From NCBI GenBank assembly GCA_951406725.2, contig OX597832.1, positions 11,346,001 to 11,410,000 of the forward strand: DNA of 64,000 nt, given 5' to 3'. Origin of the DNA: Octopus vulgaris. Taxonomy: Eukaryota. Under the pieces are notes generated by a model. That model was not told where the DNA came from and did no database searches. It was given only the letters and a program-made list of their open reading frames with translations. A program made the position numbers and the translations under genes. Of this stretch, positions 14,796 to 28,270 are shown one piece after another (within the stretch, counting starts at the first letter, position 1; every line of letters begins with the position of its first letter).

Positions 14796-14967
14796 GATTT
14801 CTTCTGATTTGGATTTGAAAGTACTAAGAATCAAACATACCCGTCCGATATGGGTAACACCGGACAAACCATGCCAGACCACCAGTACTAGCGAATCTAA
14901 AAATACTAATGAGATCTAGTATTCTCCCTGTGACATTAATTTAAATAGGTATAAACTCTATATATTT

Positions 14968-15362
14968 GCAGTAGTGACTGTGTGGTAAGTAGCTTGCTTG
15001 CCAACGACATGGTTCCGGATTCAGTTCTACTGCGTGGCAACTTAGGCAAGTGTCTTCTACTATAGCCCCCGGGCCAACCAAAGCCTTGTGAGTGGATTCG
15101 GTAGACGGAAACTGAAGGAATCCCGTCGTATATATGTATATATATATGTATATATGTGTGTGTGTTTTTGTCCCTCCACCATCGCTGGATAACCGATGCT
15201 GGAGTATTTACGTCCCCATAACTTAGCGGTTCGGCAAAAAGGAGCCCGATAGAGTAAGTACTAGGCTTACAAGCAATAAGTTCTAGGATCGATTTGCTCG
15301 ACTAAAAGGTGGTGCTCCAGCATAGCTGCAGTCAAATGACTGAAACAAATATAAGAATAAAT
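14968..15362 (+). mobile_element. tRNA-derived SINE family A (possibly the octopus OK family)
   Basis: Full head-to-tail match to 45137-45545. Confidence 0.9.
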
Positions 15363-16771
15363 GAAAAAAAACCTCATATCTACGTATCACAAATAAGTAC
15401 TTGCTTGGGTTTATATACTCCTCACTGTTCTTCTATACATAAATGCTTCTGTCTGTTTGTACGTATGTCTCATTGTGTCTACGTTTGTATGTGTGTGTGT
15501 GTGGATGTTTTTACATGTATGTTTGTTGCTGCTGGCATTCTTGTTTTCACTGTTATTAGTTTGTACATTATATCTCTGAATATATTAGAAAAAGGTGAAT
15601 ATGCACGTTATTTAATTTATTTGAAATACTTAGCTAACAGCTGAGTCAAGTGCTCTTCTTTCTGGATCGTAATTAAAATTGCAGTTCTGCGAAAACCGAT
15701 ACCGGCAGTCATTGCGTATGTATATCTTAGAATCACTCCATTTTTCATATTACAATCTTCATGTACTCCACTTAGCTCTCTCTCCTCCTTTTTCTATTAC
15801 TTTGTTTCAATTTTGTTGGCTTTCATTTCACTTAATCCTACTCATTCATTTTCTATACGTTTCTCATATCGCTTATATTTCCTTCTTTCACAACCTATTC
15901 TCGCATCTACATCTCAGAGAAAGGAAGAGGCAATAGGGGGATGGGGATGATATTGTGAAAGACAGGAACAAAAGAAAGGGGGAATTAGAGAGTGTAAACT
16001 GTTATTCTACAAGGGATGATGACTATCACATGTGTATTCTTCTGAATATCTCTGCTTCTTCTCTAACTTCTCTATCTTTTTTCCTCTTTATCTTCTCGTA
16101 TGATTCTCTATTTGTTTGCCTTGCTTTTACGCAAGCAGTATCTCATACACATTCTCAGATAGCTAATGTGTTGCATAAAGTGCTTTTAGCTCTGTTGTTT
16201 TCGAGTAGGGCACTTCGAAGTAATGAGTTGAACTGTTTTTCGAGAGCTGTAAATGAAACTGAGGTGTGTAAATTAGAGAAACTATTAGAAGTTAGCAGAA
16301 TGCACACAACCGAATTTAGATAAGGGATTACCATAAACTAATGGATCTTGTTGAAGAACTAACTGATAATTGTTAACAGATAATAAAACTGCGCGTTATG
16401 ATGTACTGGGGAAATCATTAGAGCGCCGCATAGAATTCTTTGCTTGTTTCTAAAGTCATTCTGTGCTTCAAGCTCAAATTTTATTGAGGTCAACTTATTC
16501 AAATCTCGTGAATGAATTTCCATTCTAAAGCGTTGGATTGGCGAAATTCTGATATTGTTTGACTGATTGCCTTACGGCAAGTGTCTTCGATAATTGGGCA
16601 GCACAAAGCTAATGAATCTTGTTATTTTTATTCTTATTTTTTTAACTGTCGCATTCTTTAATATATTAACAGTAGATATAAATTACATAAATACAATGCA
16701 ATGATTGTATTTGCATTGCGTATTTGATACTTAAATCATGTTACGCATTTTATTGAATTCTGTTATGTATA

Positions 16772-17148
16772 GGCGCAGAAGTGGCTGTGTGGTAAGTAGC
16801 CTGCTTACCAACAACATGGTTCTGGGTTCAGTCCAACTGCGTGGCACCTTGAGCAAGTGTCTTCTACTATAGCCTCGGACCGACCAAAGCCTTGTGAGTG
16901 GATTTGGTAGACGGAAACTGAAAGAAGCCCGTCATGTATATGTGTGTATGTTTGTCCCCCCCCCCCAACATCGCTTGACAACCGATGCTGGTGTGTTTAC
17001 GTCCCCGTAACTTAGCGGTTCAGCAAAAGAGAACGATAGAATAAGTACTAAGCTTCCAAAGAATAAGTCCTGAGGTTGATTTGCTCGACTAAAGGCAGTG
17101 ATCCAGTATGGCCTCAGTGAAATGACTGAAATAAGTCACAAAAGAAAA
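16772..17148 (+). mobile_element. SINE family A
   Basis: ggcgcagaagtggctgtgtggtaag head, gggttcagtcc B box and gactgaaa tail. Confidence 0.9.
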
Positions 17149-17451
17149 ATGTTGTACCCTGTCTGCGGAAAAAAATTGTGTTGCATGAGACCCGTGCATG
17201 GTACAAAATGCTTGGGGCTGCTGTCTGACAGATTCTGTTCCGATACCGGGTGCTATAAGGGCGACGACTGTAATAAGAAATTATTAGTAGCGAATCGAAG
17301 GTAGTCTAAAATGCATGTCTCTCTTCTCTCTACACCTGGTATTTTACAAAATATCTGTGCTTTGAAGACAAACATTTTAGAATTATGCACTTATAACGGA
17401 AGACAAAAACCATAGTCAGAAATGAGCCAAGTGAAAGCAGTTTACACCATA

Positions 17452-17642
17452 ATTTTGGCACAAGTTCAACGATTCTTAGGGTTACATAAGATCCCAGTAC
17501 ATGTGTGGTACTAATTTTATCGACCTCAGGAGTATAAAAAGCAGCGATGACCTTCAGCCGGTTTGAACTAACAACACATCAATCCGGATCAAATGCAGTA
17601 ATGCATTTTATCCGACACTCTAAAGATTCTGCCAATTTACAA
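17452..17642 (-). mobile_element. Old degraded family B-related SINE
   Basis: ggtactaattttatcgacc...tttgaact...ttctgccaat blocks. Confidence 0.5.
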
Positions 17643-17993
17643 TCTTGCATTAAATAACGACTACCTTGAACTAAAGAACATTCAGTTTCGAGTGACGAGA
17701 GTAAATGGTATAATTAAAGCTGATAAGATTTATATTTGAAAATAGTATCGAAATTGTGAAAACTTACGCAAATAACAATGTTATTTAAAATGTCTCTCAA
17801 TTACTGTGATAGTTGTCAAATAAATTGTTTCCATAAACATTTCCTAAAAAGCAAATGAAATACAATACAAAGTAGATATATAACTATAACAAGAAATTTT
17901 AAAGCTATTCTGCGATTTTAAGACGCCACGTGAGACTAGAAGACTGTAGTTGTTTAGCACATGTCTATATCTGGATATGAATATATCTCAGTA

Positions 17994-18230
17994 TTTTTTT
18001 TTTTTTTTTTTGTACTTGTTTAAGTCATTCGACCGCGGCCATGCTGGAGCACCGCCTTTAGAGTGGTGAAAGAGTACAGCAGGGATCACCACCATCCCCT
18101 GCCGGAGCCTCGTGGAGCTTTTAGGTGTTTTCGCTCAATAAACACACACAACGCCCGGTCTGGGAATCGAAACCGCGATCCTCCGACCGCAAGTCCGCTG
18201 CCCTAACCACTGGGCCATTGCGCCTCCACA
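17994..18230 (-). mobile_element. Chimeric SINE: family C 5' half joined to a family A 3' tail and poly(A)
   Basis: 18063-18170 matches 33444-33551, 18171-18230 supplies the tRNA head, 18012-18060 matches the family A tail, and an A-tract lies at 17994-18011. Confidence 0.85.
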
Positions 18231-19479
18231 TATATAGTATACATATATAGTTACGAGACATACAACTAGATGGGTTTTTTTTGCAGACGCATAACGTCAC
18301 ACACTTCCTTATAGTATATGTTTTGTTATTTTCTTCCTAAACTCTAGGTATATATGGCTAACGATGGCTCCCTTTCTCCCTGTCACTGTAGAATACGTCT
18401 ATTTCTGTCTATTTCGCTTCCCTGTTTTCACACCCTATCCACACAAGCTCGCCTTCTCTTTCTCCCCACACCCTGTCTTTTCCCTCTATCTCGTCCACTC
18501 TCTCTCTCTCTCTCTCAGCACAGACATATAAGGAAAGAATGTGTGTGTGTGTAAGAGAGAGGGAGATAGTGTGAGTGAGAGAACGAGTTACACGCAGATT
18601 CATGGCAAACTAGAAAGATAGAATTTGATGAAGAAAAAGGGTCCAAAAATAATACTTTTGTAGTGTGAAACTTCAAATTCTCTCTCTCTCTCTCTCTCTA
18701 TTTCATTCTATGTCTCTATCTCTTTCTCTCTATCTATCTATCTATTTATCTCTCATACATATACAAACGTGCGAACACACACTTTACCGCTCTCCTCCTT
18801 TTCTCCCTATCCCACCATATCTTTCTTCTCCTCCCTCACTTTCAAAAAACTACATGATATCTCTCATAAGCTTTTTCCTTCGCTGTCTCTCTTTTTCTTT
18901 CGTTTATTATTCCATCTGTCTCTTCCTGTCTCTGTCTGTCACTCCTTTTTCCTTCCTCTCACTCCCTCTCTCAGTAACTCACAACACATTCTCCTCTTCC
19001 CAAATCGTTCTGTATATGAATTACATACAACCTTTTCTGTCTCTCTATACGTTATTCTTACTATTTTAATTACTTTTTCAATGTCACCATCTCCATTTCT
19101 CTCGCTCCCATCTTTCACTCTCATCCCTAACGTTCCTACGTTCAGCTTTTAATGTTATTCTAACTCTTCCCATCTTAATCTCTTGCTATTTCTTGCTAAC
19201 GTGCATGACTTCACTTCTATTAAACACTTCTATTAACATATATCTTCTCGTACTCTCTTCGACTTTTCTCTTTCTTTCTCTTCGTTTTGTTTTACATGCC
19301 TTCCAAATTTCTATGCTCGATTTAACTATACTCATTGTCTACGAAATTCGTTTTTCTGACTTCATTGCAAAACTTTCCTTCTATTTCTCAATTCTTGGGT
19401 TTGCATATAAGAAATAACGCATTGAACTCCTTCAACAAACTGCAATTATCGAATAAATTGTTGTAAACGGAAACGATCT

Positions 19480-19664
19480 ACTCTTAACTCTTTTACTTGT
19501 TTCAGTCATTTGACTGTGGCCATGCTGGAGCACCGCCTTTAGTCCAGCAAATCGGCCCGAGGACTTTGTAAGCCTAGTACGTATTCTATCGGTTTATTTT
19601 GCCGAACCGCTAGGTTACGGGAACGTAGACACACCAGCATCGATTGTCAAACACAGACACACAA

Positions 19665-19713
<49 letters not shown>

Positions 19714-19860
19714 CGACGAGCTTCTTTCAGTTTCCGTCTACCGAATCCACTCACAAGTCTTTGGTCTGCCCGAGGCTATAATAGAAGACAATTGCCCAAG
19801 GTGCGACGCAGTTGGACTGAACACGGAACCATGGGGTTCATAAGCAAGCTACTTACTACA
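19480..19860 (-). mobile_element. SINE family A, slightly 5'-truncated
   Basis: Colinear match to the other family A copies. Confidence 0.9.
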
Positions 19861-20929
19861 AACGACTGAAACAAGTAAAAGAGTAAAAGAGTCTCAAATA
19901 TAAAGAATTTTCGGAATGCGTGACGTCGATTATATCAACCTATTTATTTGGTTGGTAATTACTACAGAGTACCCGGAGTGACATCAGGGTAAAGGGAAAA
20001 GCAATCTCGTTAGTTTGAATTGTAACAGCCCCGCTAACGATTCTACTAATTCACTGCAATCGCGTCCCATTCTTCAGTACTGTTTATTAACAATGGATTC
20101 AATGGACAAATACAATCAAATTCATTTAGTGAGTGGTTGATGGCGTATACTGAAAAATTTTAGATAAGTTCTGATGCATTTGACAAGCTAAACTTGGACG
20201 GACTGAATTGTTTAACAGTGCGTTGGACATAATTTTGTAGTGATTTTCTTTTTAAATTTTTTATCTAAATATCTTTTTCAAACTAAAGTTAGTGGTACAT
20301 TGATGAAAAGAGTCGGAGGGTCGACGAGGAGGAGAAAACATAGGGACAGAAACGAGATATTTTCTGACATCGTAAAGAAACGGTTAATAATTAACTGTAT
20401 GATTTAGTCACCAAAAACATAGAAATACTGAAAATATTCACATTTAAATGTAAATTATAAGATTTTTAAGGTAATAAATTATACATATAAAGAAGGAAAA
20501 TTTCAGAAAAAAGTATAAAAATATGTAGTTTGTATGATTAACTAAACGTCAAAGTGATGGCATACTATGTGTTATCCAGGGTACAGAATGTATACAAAAT
20601 AGAAACCGAATGGAGTCGATATGAATGCATTCAATCAATGTCGCTATAGAAAACAAACAATCTCATCTACAACACACTAGTTTTTAGTTGGTCACTAGTC
20701 ATTCAGTATGCTCCAGATATCAACCAATATTCATCACACTCAACCCACTTTAAGATGGAAGGACACATTAAGTACTGGACAAAGTATTCCAGTATAGATA
20801 ACGCATATTTTCCTGTACCGTGTCCAGTGACACTGGGTCAAATTTGGTACTTGTCTTCTACTAAAGGCCCGGGCCGACCAAAGACTTGTGAATGAATTTG
20901 GCAGACGAACGAAAATCGTACAGAAACCA

Positions 20930-21000
<71 letters not shown>

Positions 21001-21004
<4 letters not shown>

Positions 21005-21175
21005 CTAATTTATAGAAAACGAAAAACGACGATAGAAGAGGGAAAAACAAGAGCAGGTTTATTAGTTTTATGCTCGGGAAGAATGGAAATGTCTTTGACG
21101 ATTTGTGCCTACGCTCTTTGACAGAAAGGATTAAAGGAAAAGAGAAACCGAGAAAGAACACAAAAACGGTGAAAG
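21001..21175 (-). mobile_element. Short repeat family G with a degenerate HHR-like motif
   Basis: Reverse complement aligns to 28940-29080 (ctttctgtcaaagagcgtaggcacaaatcgtcaaagac); its 3' end abuts (TA)n. Confidence 0.55.
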
Positions 21176-21499
21176 AAAAAATGTGTAGGGATTAACGGAT
21201 TAACACACACACACACGCAGACTCGCAAACACACACATACACAAGCACACACACACACACACACACACACATGCGTATGCGTGTGCGCTTCTCGTTGTAT
21301 TTGTTCCTACACCACTTCACAACTGTTGTTGGTTATTTACGTCCTTCTAACAAACGTTCATGCAAGAGACCAATAAAATATGTGCCAGAAGGACAAACGT
21401 AAGTGCTGGGATGTGTTGGCTGAGCACCAGCTGCGATCAATGTCTGAACTTAGTAAAACGAAAAACGATTAAAACCCTGATAAAAAAAAATTATATGAT

Positions 21500-21838
21500 A
21501 CTCTTTACTCTTTTACTCTTTTACTTGTTTCAGTCATTTGACTGCGGCCATGCTGGAGCACCACCTTTGATCGAGCAACTCGACCCGGGGATTTATTCTT
21601 TTTGTAAGCCCAGTACTTTTTCTTTTGGTCTCTTTTGCCGAACCGCTAAGTAACGGGGACATAAACACACCAGCATCGGTTGTCAAGCAATGATAGGGGG
21701 ACAAACACAGACACACAAACAAACAAACATACATATATATATATAGAAGGCACTTGCCCATGATGCAACGCAGTTGGACTGAACCCGGAACCATGTGGTT
21801 GGTTAGCGAGCTACTTACCACACAGCCACTCCTGCGCC
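21500..21838 (-). mobile_element. SINE family A with an internal deletion
   Basis: Head and tail are intact; the block around gtagacggaaactgaaagaagccc is missing. Confidence 0.9.
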
Positions 21839-21961
21839 TGGTTAACTTTTTGATCATAGACTTGCAAGACCTGAGTCGGTCTGGAGCTAAGCAGAACAGC
21901 GAAAAATCGACAACAGCAACAGTAACAAGATCGCCACCAGGAACAATAATAAAAATGCGAC

Positions 21962-22118
21962 GCAGTGGCTGTATCGGTAGTGTGATGAACAAAATGCCTT
22001 GTGGTATTTACTTACGACTTTGTAAAACCCGAGTTCAAATCCGGCCTAGTTTACTTTTACCTTTCTTCTTTCCAAGATCGATAAAATAAATTACCAGTCA
22101 AGCACTACGGTCGATTTA
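21962..22118 (+). mobile_element. Old family B-related SINE
   Basis: gagttcaaatccggcc B box and tcgataaaataaattaccagtc core remnant. Confidence 0.5.
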
Positions 22119-22690
22119 ATATTCCTACAAAAGAATCCACAATGTGAATGGAATTATAATAGAAAACCGAAGAATATATTAAAGAATACGAAAAAAAAAA
22201 AAGAAAGAAATAGTTACAAAATATACGAAACCTAAGCTCCATAAAGAAAATTGCTCACATAAAACAGAAAACACTGCTTTATATGCCACGATGGTGCTGT
22301 ACGTACAATTATATAGGCATAGTTGTAAGATAATGAAATAAAGCAATGTAGCAAAGCAAGCTGTTTCCTCCGTTAGGTCAGGATGACACTTTAATGGCAT
22401 TTTCTTTTTATCTTAAAATGTACGTCTTGCATTTTCAACGTGACAGATATTTTAAAAAGAACCTATGCAGACATTTTCAAATTAAGACACATACTCACAT
22501 ACATACGAACGTAATCCGTGAGCGTAGGAATGCATAGGTAGAAGAAAATAAATGGGAATATTATATAAGCAGACGTAACAGCATACGCACAGGAAGCAAC
22601 GATTCCTAATACGCACTAACATATTTATGTATGCATCCATGCATCATATATAAGTACATACACGCATACATATATGTGTGTGTGTGTATA

Positions 22691-22722
<32 letters not shown>

Positions 22723-22829
22723 CACACGCGCATACACACATATATAAGATAAACTTACTTGGAAATGGATGCGTGGCGTTCAATCATATAAGAGTATAAA
22801 TAATATATATATATATACATACACATATA

Positions 22830-23125
22830 TATGTATATATATGTGCGTGTGTATGTCGATATATATATAGACACATGTATATGTATATATATGTGCGTGT
22901 GTATATCGATATATATATATACACACATATATATGTATATATATATATGTGCGTGTGTATATCGATATATATATATACACATATATATGAATATATATGT
23001 GCGTGTGTATATCGATATATATATATACACATGTATATGTATATATACATATGTGCGTGTGTATATCGATATATATATATACACATGTATATGTATATAT
23101 ATGTGCGTGTGTATATCGATATATA
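22830..23125. repeat. Minisatellite, ~50-bp unit x6 (gtgcgtgtgtatatcgat + variable AT spacer)
   Basis: Six recurrences of gcgtgtgtat(a/g)tcgat, followed by a ~150-bp (AT)n tract ending near 23342. Confidence 0.9.
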
Positions 23126-23204
23126 TATATATAGATATATATAGATATATATAGATATATATAGATATATATATATATATAGATATATATATATATAGAT
23201 ATAT

Positions 23205-23343
<139 letters not shown>

Positions 23344-23344
23344 T

Positions 23345-23962
23345 ATGTACAGGATGTCACAAACCGTTAACAAGATGAAATACGAAGACAAACTTGGGTA
23401 TGCGAACAACGAGATAAAGAAATGGAAAACAAAACAAGTAACATAAAGAACGACTCCTCATCAGCTGTCGACTGTCCATCTACTCTTCATTTCGAGCAAT
23501 TAATGACAATATGAGGCTTCGAACGGCAGTCGCTCCCGCGAACCGAAATAAAATTTGGGATTTGCGGCGGGTCAAAGTTGACGACAAAAACAGGACAGTG
23601 GAGACATAGAAGAAACCAAACGAAAACAAACATCGAGGGCTGTTAGGCCAGACAGGTAAGGTAGCGAACTGCTGGAGGAATATTGTCTTTGACAAGAGAA
23701 AAGATTCGCTACCTTACCTCGTCTGGTCTAACGACCCTCCATGTTTGTTTATCTACTCCACATGTCGAATGCTCGACATGTGGAGTAGATGAACAGCCGA
23801 AAACTGATGAAGGGTCGTACTTTATGCTACATGCCTTGCTTTCCATTTGTTTCTCTCGTTCGCAAAAAAAGTGTGTCTCCGTATTTCGTGTTGTTTTTCG
23901 TGTTTTGGATTTCGTGTTTTCACATTTCATGTTGTTTACGTTTTGTGACGTCCTGTACCCGT
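23345..23962. mobile_element. Head-to-head inverted pair of family F elements (fold-back structure)
   Basis: The ends gtacaggatgtcacaaa and tttgtgacgtcctgtac are complementary, as are inner arms 23625-23668 and 23705-23750. Homologous to 35440-35895 and 63385-63755. Confidence 0.8.
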
Positions 23963-24167
23963 AGGACAACACTAAGCTGTTACCGCTTCAAACAAATTGT
24001 ATGTGTATCTGTGTGTGTATCTGTATGTGTATATGTGTATCTATGTGTGTGAATCTAAGTTTGTCCCCCCCCCCCGCCCACCATCTCCAGTTGACAGCCA
24101 GTGTTGGTGTGTTTAGGTCCCTGTAAAGCAGCGGTTTCTGCAAAACAGAGCGATAAAATAAAATACC

Positions 24168-24398
24168 TATTTCTTTACTACACACAAGGGGCTAAACACA
24201 AAGGAGACAAACAAGAACAAGCAAACGGATTAAGTCGATTACATCGACCCCAGTGTGTAACTGGTACTTATTTAATCGACCCCGAAAGGATGAAAGGCAA
24301 AGTCGACCTCGGCGGAATTTGAACTCAGAACGTAACGGCAGACGAAATACGGCTACGCATTTCGCCCGGCGTGCTAACGTTACTGCCAGCTCGCCGCC
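24168..24398 (-). mobile_element. SINE family B inserted in a degraded family A 3' half
   Basis: Full-length copy with TSD cgataaaataaaatacc (24151-24167 / 24431-24447). Confidence 0.92.
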
Positions 24399-25550
24399 AT
24401 CGTATAAAATAAAATACCATAAAATACCATCGATAAAATAAAATACCACGCTTTAAAAAATAAGTACTGCGATTCGTTCCACTAAAAATTCAAGTCCAAG
24501 GACTGAAACAGGTAATAGACAGACGATAAAATTATATATACGTATACACGTGTATATGTGTAGATTTATGTGTGTGCTGTGTGTGCAAGTATAAGTTTGA
24601 GTGGGAGTTTGTTTATGATGGTGTGGGGTCTGTGTGCGAGAAAAGCAGACAGATTGACAGATTTAGAAAAGAGGCAAACACGTGTAGGGTAAATAACAGC
24701 AACAACAATAAAAATTAAATAAATAAAAACAAATAATAAAAGGGAAGAGGATGTACAGTTTACGAACTTAACATTCTAGTGAAAATAAAACAAAATATAT
24801 TTAAAAATCTATATAAAAGACAGAAAAAAAGCTTGCCCCCGCTGGGAATGCTCGGAGCTTCGTATGGCACATGAACCATAAATAGATACCCAGATGGTGA
24901 CTAAAATGAACTGCAATCTATTTGACAGCAGATACCAGCAAAATTGGCGTGTCTATATTTATTCCCTGAGCAAAACAACAGAAAATAGAAAAGCAACAAC
25001 GAAAAAGGTCGTTTTTAGTTGAAGAATATTTTATCTTAGTTACGGTCTGCTGGTCCGATGTTTCTTCAAGCCACCTAATCACTACATTTTGGTTCACTTT
25101 AGTCTTTTCTTTGACTAATCATTGTTGTTGCTGCTTTATTTTATCGTATTTTACTTCATTTTTAGATTTTTTTCTTTCTTTTTTCCTTTTTCTTTGTTTC
25201 TACTCTTTTTGTTTTGCCTCTGTTAAACTGTTCTTTTTAAAATTGTTTATATTTTCTTTGTAGGAATTTCATGTGTTTTATTTATTTATTATTATCATTA
25301 TTATTTTCATATTGTATATAGGCACTACTAAGAGTCGTTTATTTCTTATCAAATTCATAAAACATAAGTCTGTGTATGTGTGTGACTTTCGCGTGTATGT
25401 GCATTTCTTATGATATATGCGTGAGCATATAAGTGTCCATGTCTTTAAGCTTTTAAACGAAAAGTATTTTCCATATTTCAAATATAATATATATCGATGT
25501 GATATGGTGCATATCTTCATATATATGGCAATCCTTCAATATAACTCGAC

Positions 25551-25950
25551 GAGTGGCTGTGTGGTAAGTAGCTTGTTTACCAACCACATTGTTCCGGGTT
25601 CAGTCCCACTGCGTGGCACCTTGGGCAAGTGTCTTCTACTATAGCCTCGGGCCGACCAAAGCCTTGTGAGTGGATTTGGTAGACGGAAACTGAAAAGAAG
25701 CCCGTCGTATATATGTATTTATGTACATATGCGTGTGTGTGTTTGTCCCCCTAGCATTGCTTGACAACCGATGTTGGTGTGTTTATGTCCCCGTTACTTA
25801 GCGGTTCGGCAAAAGAGACCAAAAGAAAAAGTACTGGGCTTACAAAAAGAATAAGTCCCGGGGTCGAGTTGCTCGATTAAAGGCGGTGCTCCAGCATGGC
25901 CGCAGTCAAATGACTGAAACAAGTAAAATAGTAAAGAGTAAGAGTAAAAA
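25551..25950 (+). mobile_element. SINE family A
   Basis: Near-identical to 45137-45545. Confidence 0.93.
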
Positions 25951-26672
25951 CTAAAAGAAACACTCGGCTGTTTCCGTGAATTGTCGAATTGTTACGGAAA
26001 CTGCCGAGTGTTTGTTTTGGTTTTGTCGAGTTATATCGAAGGACTGCCACACACACACACGCGCACACGCACACACACATTTGCGCGTGCGTGTTTGTGA
26101 GTTGGCACATGCGGCGCGCTTGTACCGAAATGTATGAACTGGTGCATTTTTCAATATATAAACGCATGAAAATAAAGAAATATAATACAGAAATGTTTAT
26201 GAATATTATACAGTGCCCACAAACACATATATACATATTACATGCATTGTATATAAGCTACATATATATACATACATACATACATACATATATATAGATA
26301 GTTATAGCTGTATATAGATACCTATACACACACATATATAAGCATATAGCAGTGTACGAACACATGTCAGTGCATATAGCCTACAGCAATTTCTTTTATG
26401 CTATAGAAGTGTGTTTTAGCTATTATTTGGAAGGTAATAGGCACCATAAAAATCATACCAATTAAGACATGTCTTAATTCATCTCTAAGAAAGATAAGTA
26501 TACACAAATGTAACAGTAAAAGCAGACACTTGGAACTGATAAGAGAGCCTGCCATCCAAACAACAGCAACGAAACAAAATGGAGTCAGAACCATGAACAT
26601 GAAATCTAAAATGACACATACTACAAGCATTACGTCAAATGCACACACAGGCAGTCACGTGTGTATATACAC

Positions 26673-26715
<43 letters not shown>

Positions 26716-26945
26716 GAGAGAGAGGGGGGAGAGATATGAATACAGGAATAGACAAATAGATAGATAGATAAACGCATACTTACATAAATATACACAAACA
26801 TGTATACTCACAAATGTATATTGTTACACAACTTATAATATGAATATTATATATACATAGAGATAAGGAGAGGGAGAGACAGAAATATAGACAGACAGAT
26901 AGATACATAAATAGATGCCCGTATATATATGAACATATATGTATT

Positions 26946-26978
<33 letters not shown>

Positions 26979-27396
26979 GTATATATATGTATATATGTGG
27001 GTGTGTGTATGTGCGTATGTGCTTGTATATTTTTGGTTACGTGTATAATAAAGGAAAACAATAATATTCCACTTTCTTAAAATTGTTTAACATTCAAATC
27101 CCCATCCTAATTTGCAAAATGTCAACCGGATGTAATCCCTGTTGAATACGAAAAGTTAATGCTTTATTATATATTTTTTTTTATTCTGAGATGTTTTTGA
27201 GATCTTTAGTTAAATGATCAGTGAACGTCTGAAAAGCTAAGATAAATATAAAAGAAGTATAATAAAAAAATGAAAAAAAAAAAGGTGGGGGGAACGTGAA
27301 AGAAAACTGTGAAGGGAATTACACGGAGATCAGAAAGAATTAGTAGAGAAAACGGAAAACAAAGGAAATAATAATAAAATACATCATTTGGAACAA

Positions 27397-27428
27397 GATG
27401 CTTATATCCATCCATACGTACAGACAAA

Positions 27429-27467
<39 letters not shown>

Positions 27468-27661
27468 TGCTTATATCCTTCCGTACGTACAGAAAAATAC
27501 ACATGTGTGTGTGTGTGTGTGATGCTTATATCCATCCGTACGTACAGACAAATATACATGTGTGTGATGCTTATATCCATCTGTACGTACAGACAAATAC
27601 ACAGGTGTGTGTGTGGTGTGTGCGTGTGATGCTTATATCCATCCATACGTACAGACAAATA

Positions 27662-27696
<35 letters not shown>

Positions 27697-27802
27697 TGCT
27701 TATATCCATCCACACGTACAGACAAATATACATGTGTGTGTGTGTGTGTGATGCTTATATCCATCCGTACGTACAGACAGATATACATGTGTGTGTGTGT
27801 GT
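27397..27802. repeat. Minisatellite x7: gatgcttatatccatccrtacgtacagacaaatatacat + variable (GT)n
   Basis: Units start at about 27397, 27466, 27521, 27566, 27628, 27695 and 27750. Confidence 0.92.
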
Positions 27803-28104
27803 ATGTTGTGTTCATATATATACAGGGAATTCTCGACCGGAGGCTTTCGGGTGATACGGTCTTTGTCAGTATAAATATATACAATAATATGCTTTGACTA
27901 CAACCTTAGAACAGTTTAGCTCTTATTTCTAGCAATGTTGATGTTCCGACACCCTTAGTCATATTTAATGGCAATAATAGCTTTATGTATGGTTATGCCT
28001 TGTGCACACACTTTAGACAAGTTTCGGTTATTTCCCTACACATTCAACCACATCCTTCCACTCTTTATATGACATATAAAACCGTTAATCGAGACACGTT
28101 TTTT

Positions 28105-28270
28105 TTCTCTCTTCGTTTCCTTTCTTCATTCCTTTCTGTGGAAGCGCGTGTACAGGAAACGTCAAAAACGTCTCCATTTTCCCTGATTGTCAAACTAATA
28201 CACCGTGGTTGTTGTTCCCTCACCTCTCTCTGTTTTCTGCTTTCTGTTTTTTATGGATTTATTCTACTAA
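28105..28270 (+). mobile_element. Short repeat family G, degraded
   Basis: ctttctgtggaagcgcgtgtacaggaaacgtcaaaa followed by the same tail as 28990-29080. Confidence 0.55.

Noticed and set aside
14686-14896. Exon-like segment on the minus strand (ag...gtgagt, open frame)
   Set aside because: It overlaps an HHR-bearing, repeat-like region and its peptide is unrecognisable. Exonisation cannot be excluded but is unsupported.
18160-18230. tRNA gene
   Set aside because: It has A and B boxes but continues into SINE body sequence with no proper acceptor stem or terminator; it is a SINE head.
26460-26479. Perfect 20-bp palindrome aattaagacatgtcttaatt containing a p53-like half-site
   Set aside because: Single, AT-rich and lacking a second half-site or other context.
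26367-26648. Hydrophobic 93-aa ORF
   Set aside because: Non-ATG start, T-rich strand bias explains the hydrophobicity, and no splice or homology support.
27397-27802. CRISPR-like repeat-spacer appearance
   Set aside because: Spacers are (GT)n runs, the context is eukaryotic and there are no cas genes.
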